Origin: a bacterium
GTDB taxonomy: Bacteria; Patescibacteriota; Minisyncoccia; Phycocordibacterales; Phycocordibacteraceae
DNA: 64,000 nt
Assembly (NCBI GenBank): GCA_037200965.1
Contig: JBBCGK010000001.1
Coordinates: 64,001-128,000, forward strand
Reading direction: 5' to 3'
The first letter of the stretch is position 1. Each line of letters opens with the position of its first letter. The notes beneath the pieces are model-generated. The model had not been told where the DNA came from, ran no database searches, and was given only the letters and a program-made list of their open reading frames with translations. Both the position numbers and the translations under genes were made by a program. This document shows positions 41,762 through 51,070 of this stretch, piece after piece.

Positions 41762-42139
41762 ATGAACGCGTTCATATCGTCGCTGTATACCGGCTACGCG
41801 CTCTATGCCGTCTTTCCCTATCTCCCGACGGTACTTTCCTGGGGCGGTACGCCGGAAATAAAGCTCGCGCTCACGCTTGGCGTCTATGCTCTTGCCGTAG
41901 CGGTGGCTTTTCCCGTGCTCAAGAGATTCATGGGAGCGAGCTTCTCCCGCAGCTTCGCGCCGCTTGCGATCCTCGGGCTTCTCGCGCTCGGGTTCATCAT
42001 CGCCATGCTCTATCACGTCTTCGGCGCGACGGCAGTCGTGAACCTGCCGCCGCTCCTCGATACGCTCTTCGCGCCCAAAGGCCTCTTCTTTTATTGGTTT
42101 ATCGCTCCCCTGGTCGGACTTTTCTTCCTTTCCCGATAG
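41762..42139 (+). CDS. hypothetical membrane protein (4 TM)
   Basis: 125-aa hydrophobic ORF, 7 nt after the dnaJ stop. Confidence 0.45.
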   Translation: MNAFISSLYTGYALYAVFPYLPTVLSWGGTPEIKLALTLGVYALAVAVAFPVLKRFMGASFSRSFAPLAILGLLALGFIIAMLYHVFGATAVVNLPPLLDTLFAPKGLFFYWFIAPLVGLFFLSR

Positions 42140-42160
42140 ATGGGCATCGCGTCCGGTATT

Positions 42161-42188
42161 TTGCTAGAGCGCAATTTTATGCTATAAT
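42161..42188 (+). promoter_or_regulatory. sigma70 promoter TTGCTA-N16-TGcTATAAT, 6 nt upstream of the start codon (leaderless)
   Basis: ttgcta gagcgcaattttatgc tataat tacgat ATG. Confidence 0.6.
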
Positions 42189-42194
42189 TACGAT

Positions 42195-43982
42195 ATGAAA
42201 GAAGAGGAAAAGCCTACATTCACGTGGCAGGAGAAGAAAACGGCGCTGTGGCGCCAGCTTCGTCCGTACAAAACACCCCTGATGTGGCTTTCGGCCATTG
42301 AGATCTTCTTCGCGGTCGGGAACGGCGTCATCCCCTATATCACCGGCCGCTTCTTCGACGCCCTCATTCCGCCCTACCATTCGGTCGTCGTTGCGACGGA
42401 GAGCCTGCCGTTGTGGCTCGTACTGCTTCTCGTGTGGCTGCTCACTCAGATAATCACGAACGTCATAAGCTGGGTATCCGACCTTAAGAGCCAGTTGCTT
42501 ACTACCGAGCTGCATGCGGGAGTGCAGGCGCGGGCTTTCGCCCACCTGCTCACGCTCCCGGTCAACTACCACAAAAAGCACCGGTCCGGAGAGATAAGCA
42601 ACCTTATCGACCGCGGCGGGTGGATGCTGAGTTCGCTCGTCAACCTCGGCCTGTCCCTTGCGCCGCAGTTCCTGACCATCCTTATCGGCGTCGTCATCTC
42701 GTTCATGATCCAGCCGATGCTCGCGCCCGTACTCCTGGCCGGAGTCGCGGTGTACTGCTTCCTGCTTCTCTATATCCTTCCGGCGACGAACGACTATCAG
42801 GAAAAGGGCATCGAGATCTGGAATAAAGCGTACGGCGACGCGGCCGATGCGTATACGAACGTGCATACCGTGAAGCAGGCCGGGGCGGAGCAGTATGAAG
42901 GAAAACAAATCATAGACGGCCTGCTCGGCAAGGCCGTGCCGATGTACTATCGTTTGGAGAAACTTTGGAGCAATCTTAACTTCTCCCAGCGCATCGTCGT
43001 TACTCTTACCCAGACGGTGATTTTCCTGTTCTCCGCCTTCCTTATCACGCGCGGCGAGCTCACGATCGGCGGGCTCATAGCCTTCAACGCGTATGCGGGG
43101 ATGATTATCGGCCCGTTCGTGTCCCTTGGGCGGCAGTGGCAGACCGTACAGGGCGCGCTCGTGACGATGGCAAAGCTCGAAATCGTATTTGGCACGGAAC
43201 CGGAAAACTACGAACCGCTCAATGCCATCCGCCTGCCGGATGTCCGCGGCGATGTCGAGTTCGACGACGTCCATTTCAGATATGAGGCGGATCAGCCGGA
43301 GATACTGAAAGGCGTTTCTTTTACAGCCACAGCAGGCGAGGTCGTTGCGTTCGTCGGCGAGACGGGGGTCGGCAAATCGACGACCGCCGAACTTATCTCC
43401 GGCTACTATTTCGCAAACGAAGGCAGGATCCTGATCGACGGGCACGATATCCGACAGGTGAATCTCCGGGAACTCCGGAGCCGCATCGCCATCGTCCCGC
43501 AGGAAGTCGTGCTGTTCAACTCGAGCATCAAGGACAATATCCGGTACGGACGGCCGGACGCGACGGATTCCGAAGTGGAGCTCGCAGCCAGGCGCGCGCA
43601 TGCTGACGTATTTATCGACAAGTTCCCGATGAAATACGAGCAGGAGGTCGGGGAGCGGGGCATCAAGCTTTCGGTCGGACAGAAGCAGCGCGTCGCCATC
43701 GCGCGCGCTATGCTCCGGAATCCGCGCATCCTTATACTTGATGAGCCGACCTCGGCGCTTGATGCAGAGACCGAGCGATACATCACCAAATCGCTCGAAG
43801 AGCTTATGAAGGGGCGCACGACCTTCATCATCGCGCACCGCCTCTCGACCGTACGCAAAGCCGACCGCATTATCGTTCTTGAAGAAGGAAAGATCGCGGA
43901 AATGGGCACCCACGACGAGCTTATGGCCAATAACGGGAAGTATTCCCAGCTGTATAACCTCCACATCGGGCTTCGCGAATAG
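42195..43982 (+). CDS. ABC transporter, fused permease/ATP-binding exporter (MsbA/MdlB-like)
   Basis: 6-TM domain plus NBD with Walker A GETGVGKST, signature LSVGQKQRVAIARA, Walker B ILILDEPTSALD. Confidence 0.9.
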   Translation: MKEEEKPTFTWQEKKTALWRQLRPYKTPLMWLSAIEIFFAVGNGVIPYITGRFFDALIPPYHSVVVATESLPLWLVLLLVWLLTQIITNVISWVSDLKSQLLTTELHAGVQARAFAHLLTLPVNYHKKHRSGEISNLIDRGGWMLSSLVNLGLSLAPQFLTILIGVVISFMIQPMLAPVLLAGVAVYCFLLLYILPATNDYQEKGIEIWNKAYGDAADAYTNVHTVKQAGAEQYEGKQIIDGLLGKAVPMYYRLEKLWSNLNFSQRIVVTLTQTVIFLFSAFLITRGELTIGGLIAFNAYAGMIIGPFVSLGRQWQTVQGALVTMAKLEIVFGTEPENYEPLNAIRLPDVRGDVEFDDVHFRYEADQPEILKGVSFTATAGEVVAFVGETGVGKSTTAELISGYYFANEGRILIDGHDIRQVNLRELRSRIAIVPQEVVLFNSSIKDNIRYGRPDATDSEVELAARRAHADVFIDKFPMKYEQEVGERGIKLSVGQKQRVAIARAMLRNPRILILDEPTSALDAETERYITKSLEELMKGRTTFIIAHRLSTVRKADRIIVLEEGKIAEMGTHDELMANNGKYSQLYNLHIGLRE

Positions 43983-44047
43983 TCTTCTTTCCGCGGGCCT
44001 GGTTTCATGCTTTACTGCCAGTGGTTGTCGTTTAATGGGGGGTCCAC

Positions 44048-44401
44048 ATGGAAATGAAGCTTCCGCTTCTCCACATCCGACAGGTTGTCGAGTCGGGTCT
44101 CGGAGCGCTCGACGTGCGGGGTAGAGTCAGGCAGGGGAACGCTTTGTTCAAGCAATTGCATACGACATTCCCCTATCCTTTGCTCCTGGTATACATCGAC
44201 CGCATCACCAAGAAAGACCGGCAAGTTCGCGTTTTCGTATCGCACAGGGACGCGTGTCCGCACTATCCGTATACTCGGCTGATCATGGCGGTACGAATGG
44301 TATGCAGGAACGGCCAGTGGATTGCCGGACTTCCGCAAGAAAGCCATATCCGCCAAGGACGCTCCCTGACGAAAGTGCGTTCCGGGCAAAAGACCGCCTG
44401 A
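44048..44401 (+). CDS. hypothetical protein (low confidence)
   Basis: 117-aa ORF with coding-like GC3/GC2 skew; GGGGGG upstream; overlaps the alternative minus-strand ORF 44012..44389. Confidence 0.3.
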   Translation: MEMKLPLLHIRQVVESGLGALDVRGRVRQGNALFKQLHTTFPYPLLLVYIDRITKKDRQVRVFVSHRDACPHYPYTRLIMAVRMVCRNGQWIAGLPQESHIRQGRSLTKVRSGQKTA

Positions 44402-44466
44402 TTCAGGAGCCCCGGCCGCACGCGGCGGCGGGGCTCCGACTCTTTAATACGTGGTATATTCTTGGC

Positions 44467-45717
44467 ATGAATCTCGTAGAAGATCTGAAGGCGCGCGAGC
44501 TCGTCGAGCATCATTCGGCCGAGCCGGAAAAGATATTTTCCGGGAAGCGCACCGTATACCTTGGCGTCGACCCGTCGGCGGACTCGATGCAGGCGGGAAA
44601 TCTCGTCGTGCTTCTTCTCATGAAGCGGCTTGCGGACGCGGGGCATAACCTGGTCCTTCTCGTCGGCGGCGGCACCGGTATGATCGGGGATCCGCGCGAA
44701 AGCGGGGAACGGCAGCTTGCGGATGCGAAGATTGTCGCCCGCAACGCGAAGGCGCTTCAAAAGCAGATGGAGCGGATCATTGGCAGGCGCGTGCGGCTCG
44801 TTAACAACGCCGACTGGCTTCTTAAGGTGAAGCTCGTTGATTTTTTGCGCGATATCGGCAAACATTTCACCGTAAACGAGCTCGTGAAGCGCGATATCAT
44901 CCGCAGGCGCCTTGAAACCCCGGACGAAAGCATCTCCTACACCGAATTCGCGTACTCGCTCCTCCAGGGCCTCGACTATCTGACGCTCTATCAGAAGTAC
45001 GGCGTCGACGTGCAGCTTGGCGGCTCCGATCAGTGGGTCAATATCCTCTCCGGCGTCGAGCTCATCCGCCGGAAGCTCGGCAGGGAAGCCTTCGCCTTTA
45101 CCTGCCCGCTCGTCACCGACTCTTCGGGCAAGAAATTCGGGAAGTCGGAAGGAAATGCGGTCTGGCTCGATCCGGACAAGACTTCGCCGTTCGCCTTCTA
45201 CCAGTTCTGGCTCAACCAGCCGGACGATTCCGTAGAAAAGTACCTTAAATTCTATACGTTCCTTCCGCTATCCGAGATCGATTCGCTCGTGGAGCGCAAC
45301 AGGGCGAATCCGCAGGCCCGCGAAGCGCAGAGGAAGCTTGCGGGCGACGTGACGACGCTCGTCCACGGACGGAAGGCGGCGGAAGAAGCGGAAAAGGTTT
45401 CCGGGGTTCTCTACGGCTCCGGCTCCCTCGCCTCGCTTGCCAAAAGCGAAAGGCTGGCACTCATCGCAGGCGCCCCGGGTATGACGATCGCATTCCGGGC
45501 GCTTGCCGGGACTTCGGTGGCGGACGCGCTCGTTGCAAGCGGCCTCGCGACTTCCAAGAGCGACGCGCGGAGGCTCATCGAAGGGAAGGGAGTTTCGATA
45601 AATGGGATCGCAATTGAAGAGCCTGATGCCGTCCTTGACCCGAATCAGTTCGAAAACGGCCTGGCGCTCCTTCGCCGCGGCAGGCAGCAGGTCGCGGTGC
45701 TTTCGATTGAAAAATAG
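44467..45717 (+). CDS. tyrS: tyrosine--tRNA ligase
   Basis: Class I; KFGKSEGN (KMSKS), C-terminal S4-like domain; TGGTATATT -10 lies 6 nt before the ATG; the listed ORF 44254 is the same frame from an earlier start. Confidence 0.9.
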   Translation: MNLVEDLKARELVEHHSAEPEKIFSGKRTVYLGVDPSADSMQAGNLVVLLLMKRLADAGHNLVLLVGGGTGMIGDPRESGERQLADAKIVARNAKALQKQMERIIGRRVRLVNNADWLLKVKLVDFLRDIGKHFTVNELVKRDIIRRRLETPDESISYTEFAYSLLQGLDYLTLYQKYGVDVQLGGSDQWVNILSGVELIRRKLGREAFAFTCPLVTDSSGKKFGKSEGNAVWLDPDKTSPFAFYQFWLNQPDDSVEKYLKFYTFLPLSEIDSLVERNRANPQAREAQRKLAGDVTTLVHGRKAAEEAEKVSGVLYGSGSLASLAKSERLALIAGAPGMTIAFRALAGTSVADALVASGLATSKSDARRLIEGKGVSINGIAIEEPDAVLDPNQFENGLALLRRGRQQVAVLSIEK

Positions 45718-45745
45718 GCCGTTAGCGGCTATAGTCTAGGGCATT

Positions 45746-45828
45746 GCGTCGGTGGCAGAGTGGTCAATTGCAACAGGCTGTAAACCTGTCGACTTCGGTC
45801 TACGGAGGTTCGAATCCTCCCCGGCGCA
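45746..45828 (+). tRNA. tRNA-Tyr (anticodon GUA), type II with long variable arm; CCA not encoded
   Basis: Acceptor GCGUCGG/CCGGCGC (one G-U), U8, D-arm GCAG...UUGC, anticodon stem ACAGG/CCUGU with loop CUGUAAA, 14-nt variable arm, T-arm GGAGG-UUCGAAU-CCUCC, discriminator A. Confidence 0.9.
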
Positions 45829-45936
45829 CTATATATCGCTCCACGGAATTAGGAAGCGCCATTTTCAGTATCTTATCGGAACATGTCAGCAAGATTCCCG
45901 CTTGTCTCACCCGCAGCAAAAAAGAAGCAAACGATA

Positions 45937-45965
45937 TTGACTTATATACAACTAAATGTTAATAT
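45937..45965 (+). promoter_or_regulatory. near-consensus sigma70 promoter TTGACT-N17-TAATAT (TG extended)
   Basis: ttgact tatatacaactaaatgt taatat; about 50-nt leader with AAGGGAG RBS before ATG 46019. Confidence 0.65.
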
Positions 45966-46018
45966 CGCTTTGAGCAACCGCTCAAGGACTGTACCTCACT
46001 CAAACAAGGGAGTTTCCC

Positions 46019-46495
46019 ATGGCCGATCCGGCCAATACCAACACACCGAATGCCTTGTCCGCCACGACAGGCACCACGGAGCTTCTGGAGCTCACAGCCC
46101 GCATCGTTGCGGCCTATGTGAGCAACAACCCGCTTCCCGTCACGGAGGTGCCTGGAATGATCAAGAGCGTGCATGCGACGCTCGGCGGCCTCGACACGGC
46201 CGACAACGCCGTGAAGACGGACCAGAAGCCAGCCGTTGCGGTGAAGAGCTCCGTGACGCCCGGCTACATCGTCTGCCTCGAGGACGGCAAAAAGCTGAAG
46301 ATGCTCAAACGGTATCTGAAGGCGAACTACAATCTCACGCCCGAAGAATACCGGGCCAAGTGGGGATTGCCCGCGAATTATCCGATGGTGTCGCCCGACT
46401 ACGCGGCGCAACGCTCGGCATTCGCCAAGAAGATCGGTCTCGGGCGAAATCCGCCGAAGACGGTGGTCCCCATGAGAAGAAAGGTCGCGCGCTGA
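46019..46495 (+). CDS. MucR/Ros-family transcriptional regulator-like protein lacking the canonical Cys2His2 zinc ligands
   Basis: ...LTARIVAAYVSNNPLPVTEVPGMIKSVHATL...KPAVAVKSSVTPGYIVCLEDGKKLKMLKRYLKANYNLTPEEYRAKWGLPANYPMVSPDYAAQRSAFAKKIGLG is collinear with Agrobacterium Ros; second Cys and both His ligands are replaced (D, Y, N). Confidence 0.7.
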   Translation: MADPANTNTPNALSATTGTTELLELTARIVAAYVSNNPLPVTEVPGMIKSVHATLGGLDTADNAVKTDQKPAVAVKSSVTPGYIVCLEDGKKLKMLKRYLKANYNLTPEEYRAKWGLPANYPMVSPDYAAQRSAFAKKIGLGRNPPKTVVPMRRKVAR

Positions 46496-46520
46496 TTTTT
46501 CGGCGGCGCGGCTGTGTCCG

Positions 46521-46550
46521 GCGGCGGTCCTTCGGGGCCGCCGCTTTTTC
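46521..46550 (+). terminator. rho-independent terminator
   Basis: gcggcgg-tccttcgggg-ccgccgc followed by tttttct. Confidence 0.65.
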
Positions 46551-46847
46551 TATACCTGGATACTTCATCCGCTTCGTGCTATAATGCTTCCCGGTTGGGT
46601 TCCGGCTGCAGGGATGCTGCGGCGCTGTGCGGGAGGCGTTGATGTGCGTACTTGACCCTGGCTCTGCTGCGCTCGCAGAAGAGTGGAGGAAGAGACTCGA
46701 CGACTGGTGGAAGAACCGCCGGAAAATGCCGAGCGAACTGCTCCTGAAACTGCTTTCGATCGGACGCCGCGAAGCGGCGGGTGGGCAATGACAAGGGGCC
46801 GCGCAGAATGCGCAGGCCTCGTTCGTTTTTCTGGTATACTCGAGGCC

Positions 46848-47792
46848 ATGGCAGGCAAACAAACGCTTCTTACCGGACTCCAGCCTTCGGGAGACCTCCA
46901 TATCGGCAACTATTTCGGGGCGCTCAAGCCCTTCATCGACCTCTACGGAAACTACGAGAGTTATCTCATGGTCGTCGATTATCACGCGCTCACCTCGCTT
47001 CGCGATCCGGAAGCGCTCCGGAAAAATATCAAGGGGGTCGTGCGCGATTATATCGCGGCGGGCGTCGATCCCGAGAAAGCGACTGTCTTCAAACAGTCGG
47101 ATGTGCCTGCGCATACCGAGCTTGCGTGGGTATTCGACTGCCTGGTATCCGTACCGTTTCTGATGCAGGGACATGCGTATAAGGATAAGGTCGCGAAGGG
47201 GCTCGAGCCGAATGCGGGATTGTTCACCTATCCCATGCTCATGGCCGCGGACATTCTTCTCTATGACACGGACGTGGTGCCGGTGGGCGAAGACCAGCGC
47301 CAGCATATCGAATACGCCCGTGAGGCGGCGAACAAGTTCAATAACACGTTTGCGCCACTCTTTAAGGAACCGAAAGAAAGAATCCTCAAGGCCCAAGGCA
47401 TCGTCCCGGGAACCGACGGGGCAAAAATGAGCAAGAGCTATAAGAATACTATCCCGCTCTTTGGCACGCGCGACGAGATCGTGAAGGCCGTGATGGGGAT
47501 CGTGACGGACTCCTCCGGCGGACGCCCGGAGAACGTGTACGTCATACACAAGCTTTTCCGCAGCGAAAGCGACCTTGATGCGCTCTATGCAGAGAAGGCA
47601 GGTAAATATAAGGACCTCAAGGAAGCCCTTATCGAAGACATCGACGCATTCATCGCCCCCATGCGCGAAAAGCGCGCTTCCATCTCGGACGAAGACGTCG
47701 CCCGCGTACTTGCGCGGGGCGGGGAGACAGCCCGGGCGGTTTCCGAAGCCAAGATGAAAGAAGTGCGCAGAGCGGTCGGCGTTAGTGTATAA
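46848..47792 (+). CDS. trpS: tryptophan--tRNA ligase
   Basis: TGLQPSGDLHIGNYFGA (HIGH-type), KMSKSYKN (KMSKS); TGGTATACT -10 lies 7 nt before the ATG; the listed ORF 46683 is the same frame from an earlier start. Confidence 0.9.
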   Translation: MAGKQTLLTGLQPSGDLHIGNYFGALKPFIDLYGNYESYLMVVDYHALTSLRDPEALRKNIKGVVRDYIAAGVDPEKATVFKQSDVPAHTELAWVFDCLVSVPFLMQGHAYKDKVAKGLEPNAGLFTYPMLMAADILLYDTDVVPVGEDQRQHIEYAREAANKFNNTFAPLFKEPKERILKAQGIVPGTDGAKMSKSYKNTIPLFGTRDEIVKAVMGIVTDSSGGRPENVYVIHKLFRSESDLDALYAEKAGKYKDLKEALIEDIDAFIAPMREKRASISDEDVARVLARGGETARAVSEAKMKEVRRAVGVSV

Positions 47793-47800
47793 CTAATCCT

Positions 47801-49153
47801 ATGGAACGTACGCTCATCGGGGAGCTTGGACAGCATGTCGGCGGGACAGTCTCCATTTCCGGCTGGGTGGACGTGCGAAGGGACCAGGGGAAGCTCGTGT
47901 TCTTCGACTTCAGGGACCGCTCCGGCATCGTGCAGGGCGTCGTCCTGCCGGGAAGCGCCGCGATCGAGACCGCGAAGGGAATCCGGAACGAATTCGTCGT
48001 GACGGTAGAAGGGAAGGTCAATAAGCGGCCTGAGAAGAATGTACAGGCTGAGAAAGCGAACGGAGATATCGAGCTTGAGATAACTGCTATCACGGTGCTT
48101 GCCGAGGCGCGGCCGCTTCCGTTTGACATGTCAGAGAGCGGCTTTAACCTCGACCTCACAGCTCAGCTCGACCACCGCGCGCTCGTTCTCAGGCACCCGC
48201 GGCTCCGGGCGATTTTCAAAGTACAGAACACGATCATCGATGCGTTTCGGGAATTCATGAGGAGCCAGGATTTCTTCGAGTTCCAGGCCCCCGCGATCAC
48301 TCCCGCCACCGCCGAGGGGGGTGCGGAAGTATTTCAGGTCGATTATTTCGATAAGAAGGCGTACCTGTCGCAGTCGCCGCAGCTCTATAAGCAGATCGTG
48401 ATGACGGCTTTCGAGCGAGTGTTTTCCGTCAACAAAATCTTCCGGGCCGAACCGAGCGCCACGACCCGTCACTTGACCGAAGTGGTCTCGCTTGACGCCG
48501 AGTTCGGATTCATCAGTTCCTGGAAGGATGTGCGCGATATGTCCGAACAAACCGTGCGATTCATTCTTAATGAAGTTGGCGCACGCTGCGCCGCAGAGCT
48601 TAAGCTTCTTGAAACGGAATTACCCGTGATGATCGAATCGACGCCGACCCTTTCGCTTACCGAAGCGCAGGAGAAGATATTTGAGAAAAGAGGCCGCGAC
48701 TCGCGCGGCGAGAAAGACCTCAACCCCGAGGACGAACGTACGCTCTGCGAGATCATCAAGGAGGAGACGGGTTCGGATTTCGTCTACGTATACGGCTATC
48801 CGACGCGCCAGAAACCCTTCTATGTCTATCCGAACCCGGAGCATCCGGAATTCAACGAGGGCATGGACCTGTTGTGCCGCGGCGTCGAATGGCTCTCCGG
48901 CGGGCGGCGCATCAACGACTATGCCCAGCTCATGGAGCACGTGAAGGAGTGGGGGATGGATCCGGAAAAGATAGCCATGTTCCTCGAGGCCTTCAAATAC
49001 GGCGTCCCGCCCGAAGGCGGCTTCGCGTTCGGCGCCGAGCGCATGACCATGCAGATCCTCGGGCTCAAGAATATCCGCGAGGCGAGCATGTTCCCGCGCG
49101 ACATGAACCGTATCGACAGCCTCCTTCATGGACCAGCTTCTTCCGGCGACTAA
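47801..49153 (+). CDS. aspS: class IIb aminoacyl-tRNA synthetase, Asp/Asn type (archaeal-type non-discriminating AspRS or AsnRS)
   Basis: N-terminal OB anticodon-binding domain; motif 2 ...IFRAEPSATTRHLTEVVSLDAEF; motif 3 GGFAFGAERMTM; 450 aa (short Asp/Asn type). Confidence 0.65.
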   Translation: MERTLIGELGQHVGGTVSISGWVDVRRDQGKLVFFDFRDRSGIVQGVVLPGSAAIETAKGIRNEFVVTVEGKVNKRPEKNVQAEKANGDIELEITAITVLAEARPLPFDMSESGFNLDLTAQLDHRALVLRHPRLRAIFKVQNTIIDAFREFMRSQDFFEFQAPAITPATAEGGAEVFQVDYFDKKAYLSQSPQLYKQIVMTAFERVFSVNKIFRAEPSATTRHLTEVVSLDAEFGFISSWKDVRDMSEQTVRFILNEVGARCAAELKLLETELPVMIESTPTLSLTEAQEKIFEKRGRDSRGEKDLNPEDERTLCEIIKEETGSDFVYVYGYPTRQKPFYVYPNPEHPEFNEGMDLLCRGVEWLSGGRRINDYAQLMEHVKEWGMDPEKIAMFLEAFKYGVPPEGGFAFGAERMTMQILGLKNIREASMFPRDMNRIDSLLHGPASSGD

Positions 49154-49871
49154 TTTCACGATCCGCACCGCGGTCTACGAGGGCCCCTTGGAGCTCGTGC
49201 TCGACCTTATCGAGAAGCGCAAGCTCCTGGTGAACGACCTGTCGCTCTCCGCGGTCACGGACGAGTTCATCGAGCATGTGAGGAGCCAGGCGGAATTTCC
49301 GATGGAGCAGGCGACCAATTTCATCGCGGTAGCCGCGACGCTGCTGCTTATAAAATCGAAGTCGCTTCTTCCGGATCTCGAACTTACGGAAGAAGAACAA
49401 GGCGACATCCACGATCTCGAGAAGCGCCTGGCCGAATACGAAAAGTTCCGCAATCTCTCGCGGGAACTCGCGAAGTTCTTCGGGCGCCGCGTCCTTATCG
49501 CCCGGGGCGAGCAGGCGCCGGATGTGATCTTCGCGCCCGCGAAAGACATGACGCTTGCGCTTATCGAGGAAGCGCTTGAACGGGCGCTACTTGAGCGGGA
49601 AAAGCCGGAGGAGCTGCCCGAAGCGAGAGTGAAGCCCCTGGTCACGATCGAGGAGATGATGGATACGCTTTCCGCCCGCGTCCAGACCGCGTTTACGCTT
49701 TCGTTCAGGGAATTCTCGGGGATGGGGAAAAAGGAGAAGGTGGAGGTAATCGTGTCGTTCCTCGCGCTTTTGGAACTCGTGAAGCAGGGAGCGGTCGAGG
49801 CGGCCCAGCAGTCTGACTTTGCGGACATAAGTATTACGAATGCCGCGGCGGCAGTGCCGAGGTACGGATAA
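49128..49871 (+). CDS. scpA: segregation and condensation protein A
   Basis: N-terminal ...FTIRTAVYEGPLELVLDLIEKRKLLVNDLSLSAVTDEFIEHV typical of ScpA. Confidence 0.8.
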   Translation: MDQLLPATNFTIRTAVYEGPLELVLDLIEKRKLLVNDLSLSAVTDEFIEHVRSQAEFPMEQATNFIAVAATLLLIKSKSLLPDLELTEEEQGDIHDLEKRLAEYEKFRNLSRELAKFFGRRVLIARGEQAPDVIFAPAKDMTLALIEEALERALLEREKPEELPEARVKPLVTIEEMMDTLSARVQTAFTLSFREFSGMGKKEKVEVIVSFLALLELVKQGAVEAAQQSDFADISITNAAAAVPRYG

Positions 49872-49876
49872 AGCAA

Positions 49877-49904
49877 AACGGGGTCGTCTTCAGACGACCC
49901 CGTT
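49877..49904. terminator. bidirectional hairpin terminator
   Basis: aacggggtcgtc-ttca-gacgaccccgtt; minus-strand tail ttttgctttat. Confidence 0.6.
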
Positions 49905-49929
49905 GTGGCTGTGGTGGGAACTGAGCCGG

Positions 49930-50367
49930 TCAGCCGAACCGGACGGCGCGCCGTGAGAACAGCAAGCTGACGCCGACGATGACGGTGCCTGCGCCATAGA
50001 ACCCCGTGACCCAGAAGATCGGATCCGGCGTTGCGTACGCAAAGACGCCTGCCTGATCGAGATTCAGAGCTTTCAGGACGCCGTTCGCGCCGAGGCTCAT
50101 CCAGACGAGGAATCCGCCGACCGGGACGAAGAGCCCTGCAAACAGGAGCCGTTTGACGAGCTCGCTGCTGGGACGGATGTTCGGTACGAAGAGCAGAACA
50201 CCGCCAGCGACGAGGAGCACTCCGAGCAGAAGCAACCCGAAACCCGGCCAGAACGCGCCTGGGCGAGAGCCGGTGAGCGCGGAAATGATTTCCGCAACTC
50301 CGCCGACACCGCTGACCGTGCCGATGATTGCAAACAAAAGACCAACAAGTGCGAGGAAGATACGCAT
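49930..50367 (-). CDS. hypothetical membrane protein (4 TM)
   Basis: 145-aa hydrophobic ORF; minus-strand RBS GGAGGG before ATG; terminator downstream. Confidence 0.55.
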   Translation of the reverse strand: MRIFLALVGLLFAIIGTVSGVGGVAEIISALTGSRPGAFWPGFGLLLLGVLLVAGGVLLFVPNIRPSSELVKRLLFAGLFVPVGGFLVWMSLGANGVLKALNLDQAGVFAYATPDPIFWVTGFYGAGTVIVGVSLLFSRRAVRFG

Positions 50368-50521
50368 GTGTTTAACCCTCCAAAGGATTGCTGCCTCTCC
50401 ACAGACTTATCAGAGTGTGACATACTATTATACTATCTGTCAAGTACTCCCGCGGCGCATCCCCTGTCGAAACGAGTAAGCGCATTGCTCCGAGGCTTAA
50501 ACCCCGCTAAAATAGGCTCTA

Positions 50522-51070
50522 ATGCTCACGCCTCCGGCCGCTATAGAAGCTTTGCTGTTCGCCTCGGGCGAAGCGATGGAGAAGAAGGAAATCGGGAAAC
50601 TCCTTAAGCTTTCGCCGGAGGAGGTTGCCATGGCCCTTGAGGGGCTTCGGGAGCAGCTTGCCGGGCGCGGCGTGGCGCTCATCGAGACGGCGGAAACCGC
50701 GGAATTGCGCACCTCTCCGGAAGCTTCGGAGATCGTTAAGGCGCTTCGCGCCGGAGAACTCGCCCGGGATCTCGGGAAAGCGGGCCTTGAGACGCTCGCC
50801 ATCGTGCTCTATAAAGGCGGCTCGACGAGAAGCGAGATCGACTGGGTGCGCGGCGTCAATTCCTCGGCGACCGTACGTTCGCTTCTTCTTCGCGGCCTTA
50901 TCGAGAGAGTCGAGGATCCGGAAGACAAGCGCCGGGCGAAGTACCGGCCGACGACCGAAGCGCTCGCGCACCTGGGACTTACGAGCGCCGGGGAACTCCC
51001 GCGCTACCAAGAACTCGCCGCGCTCACCGAAGCCGCAAGCACTCCCGAAGCCCCGGCCGAAACCGCATGA
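50522..51070 (+). CDS. scpB: segregation and condensation protein B
   Basis: ...IEALLFASGEAMEKKEIGKLL... winged-helix tandem typical of ScpB; TAAAAT -10 lies 7 nt before the ATG. Confidence 0.8.
   Translation: MLTPPAAIEALLFASGEAMEKKEIGKLLKLSPEEVAMALEGLREQLAGRGVALIETAETAELRTSPEASEIVKALRAGELARDLGKAGLETLAIVLYKGGSTRSEIDWVRGVNSSATVRSLLLRGLIERVEDPEDKRRAKYRPTTEALAHLGLTSAGELPRYQELAALTEAASTPEAPAETA

Noticed and set aside
42177-43964. 595-aa minus-strand ORF opposite the ABC exporter
   Set aside because: It is an antisense shadow. The Walker/signature motifs are on the + strand.
44012-44389. Minus-strand 125-aa ORF overlapping 44048..44401 (+)
   Set aside because: - It has a TTG start and no RBS.
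- The plus-strand frame has the better coding skew.
- Both are low confidence.
44402-44466. Possible T-box leader upstream of tyrS
   Set aside because: - No T-box consensus (AAUUAGGGUGGNACCGCG) or specifier-loop architecture was found.
- tyrS instead has a -10 element 6 nt from its ATG.
45744-45962. ORFs 45744..45962 and 45752..45940
   Set aside because: They overlap the tRNA-Tyr gene and an AT-rich promoter region.
46335-47549. 404-aa minus-strand ORF opposite trpS
   Set aside because: It is an antisense shadow of trpS.
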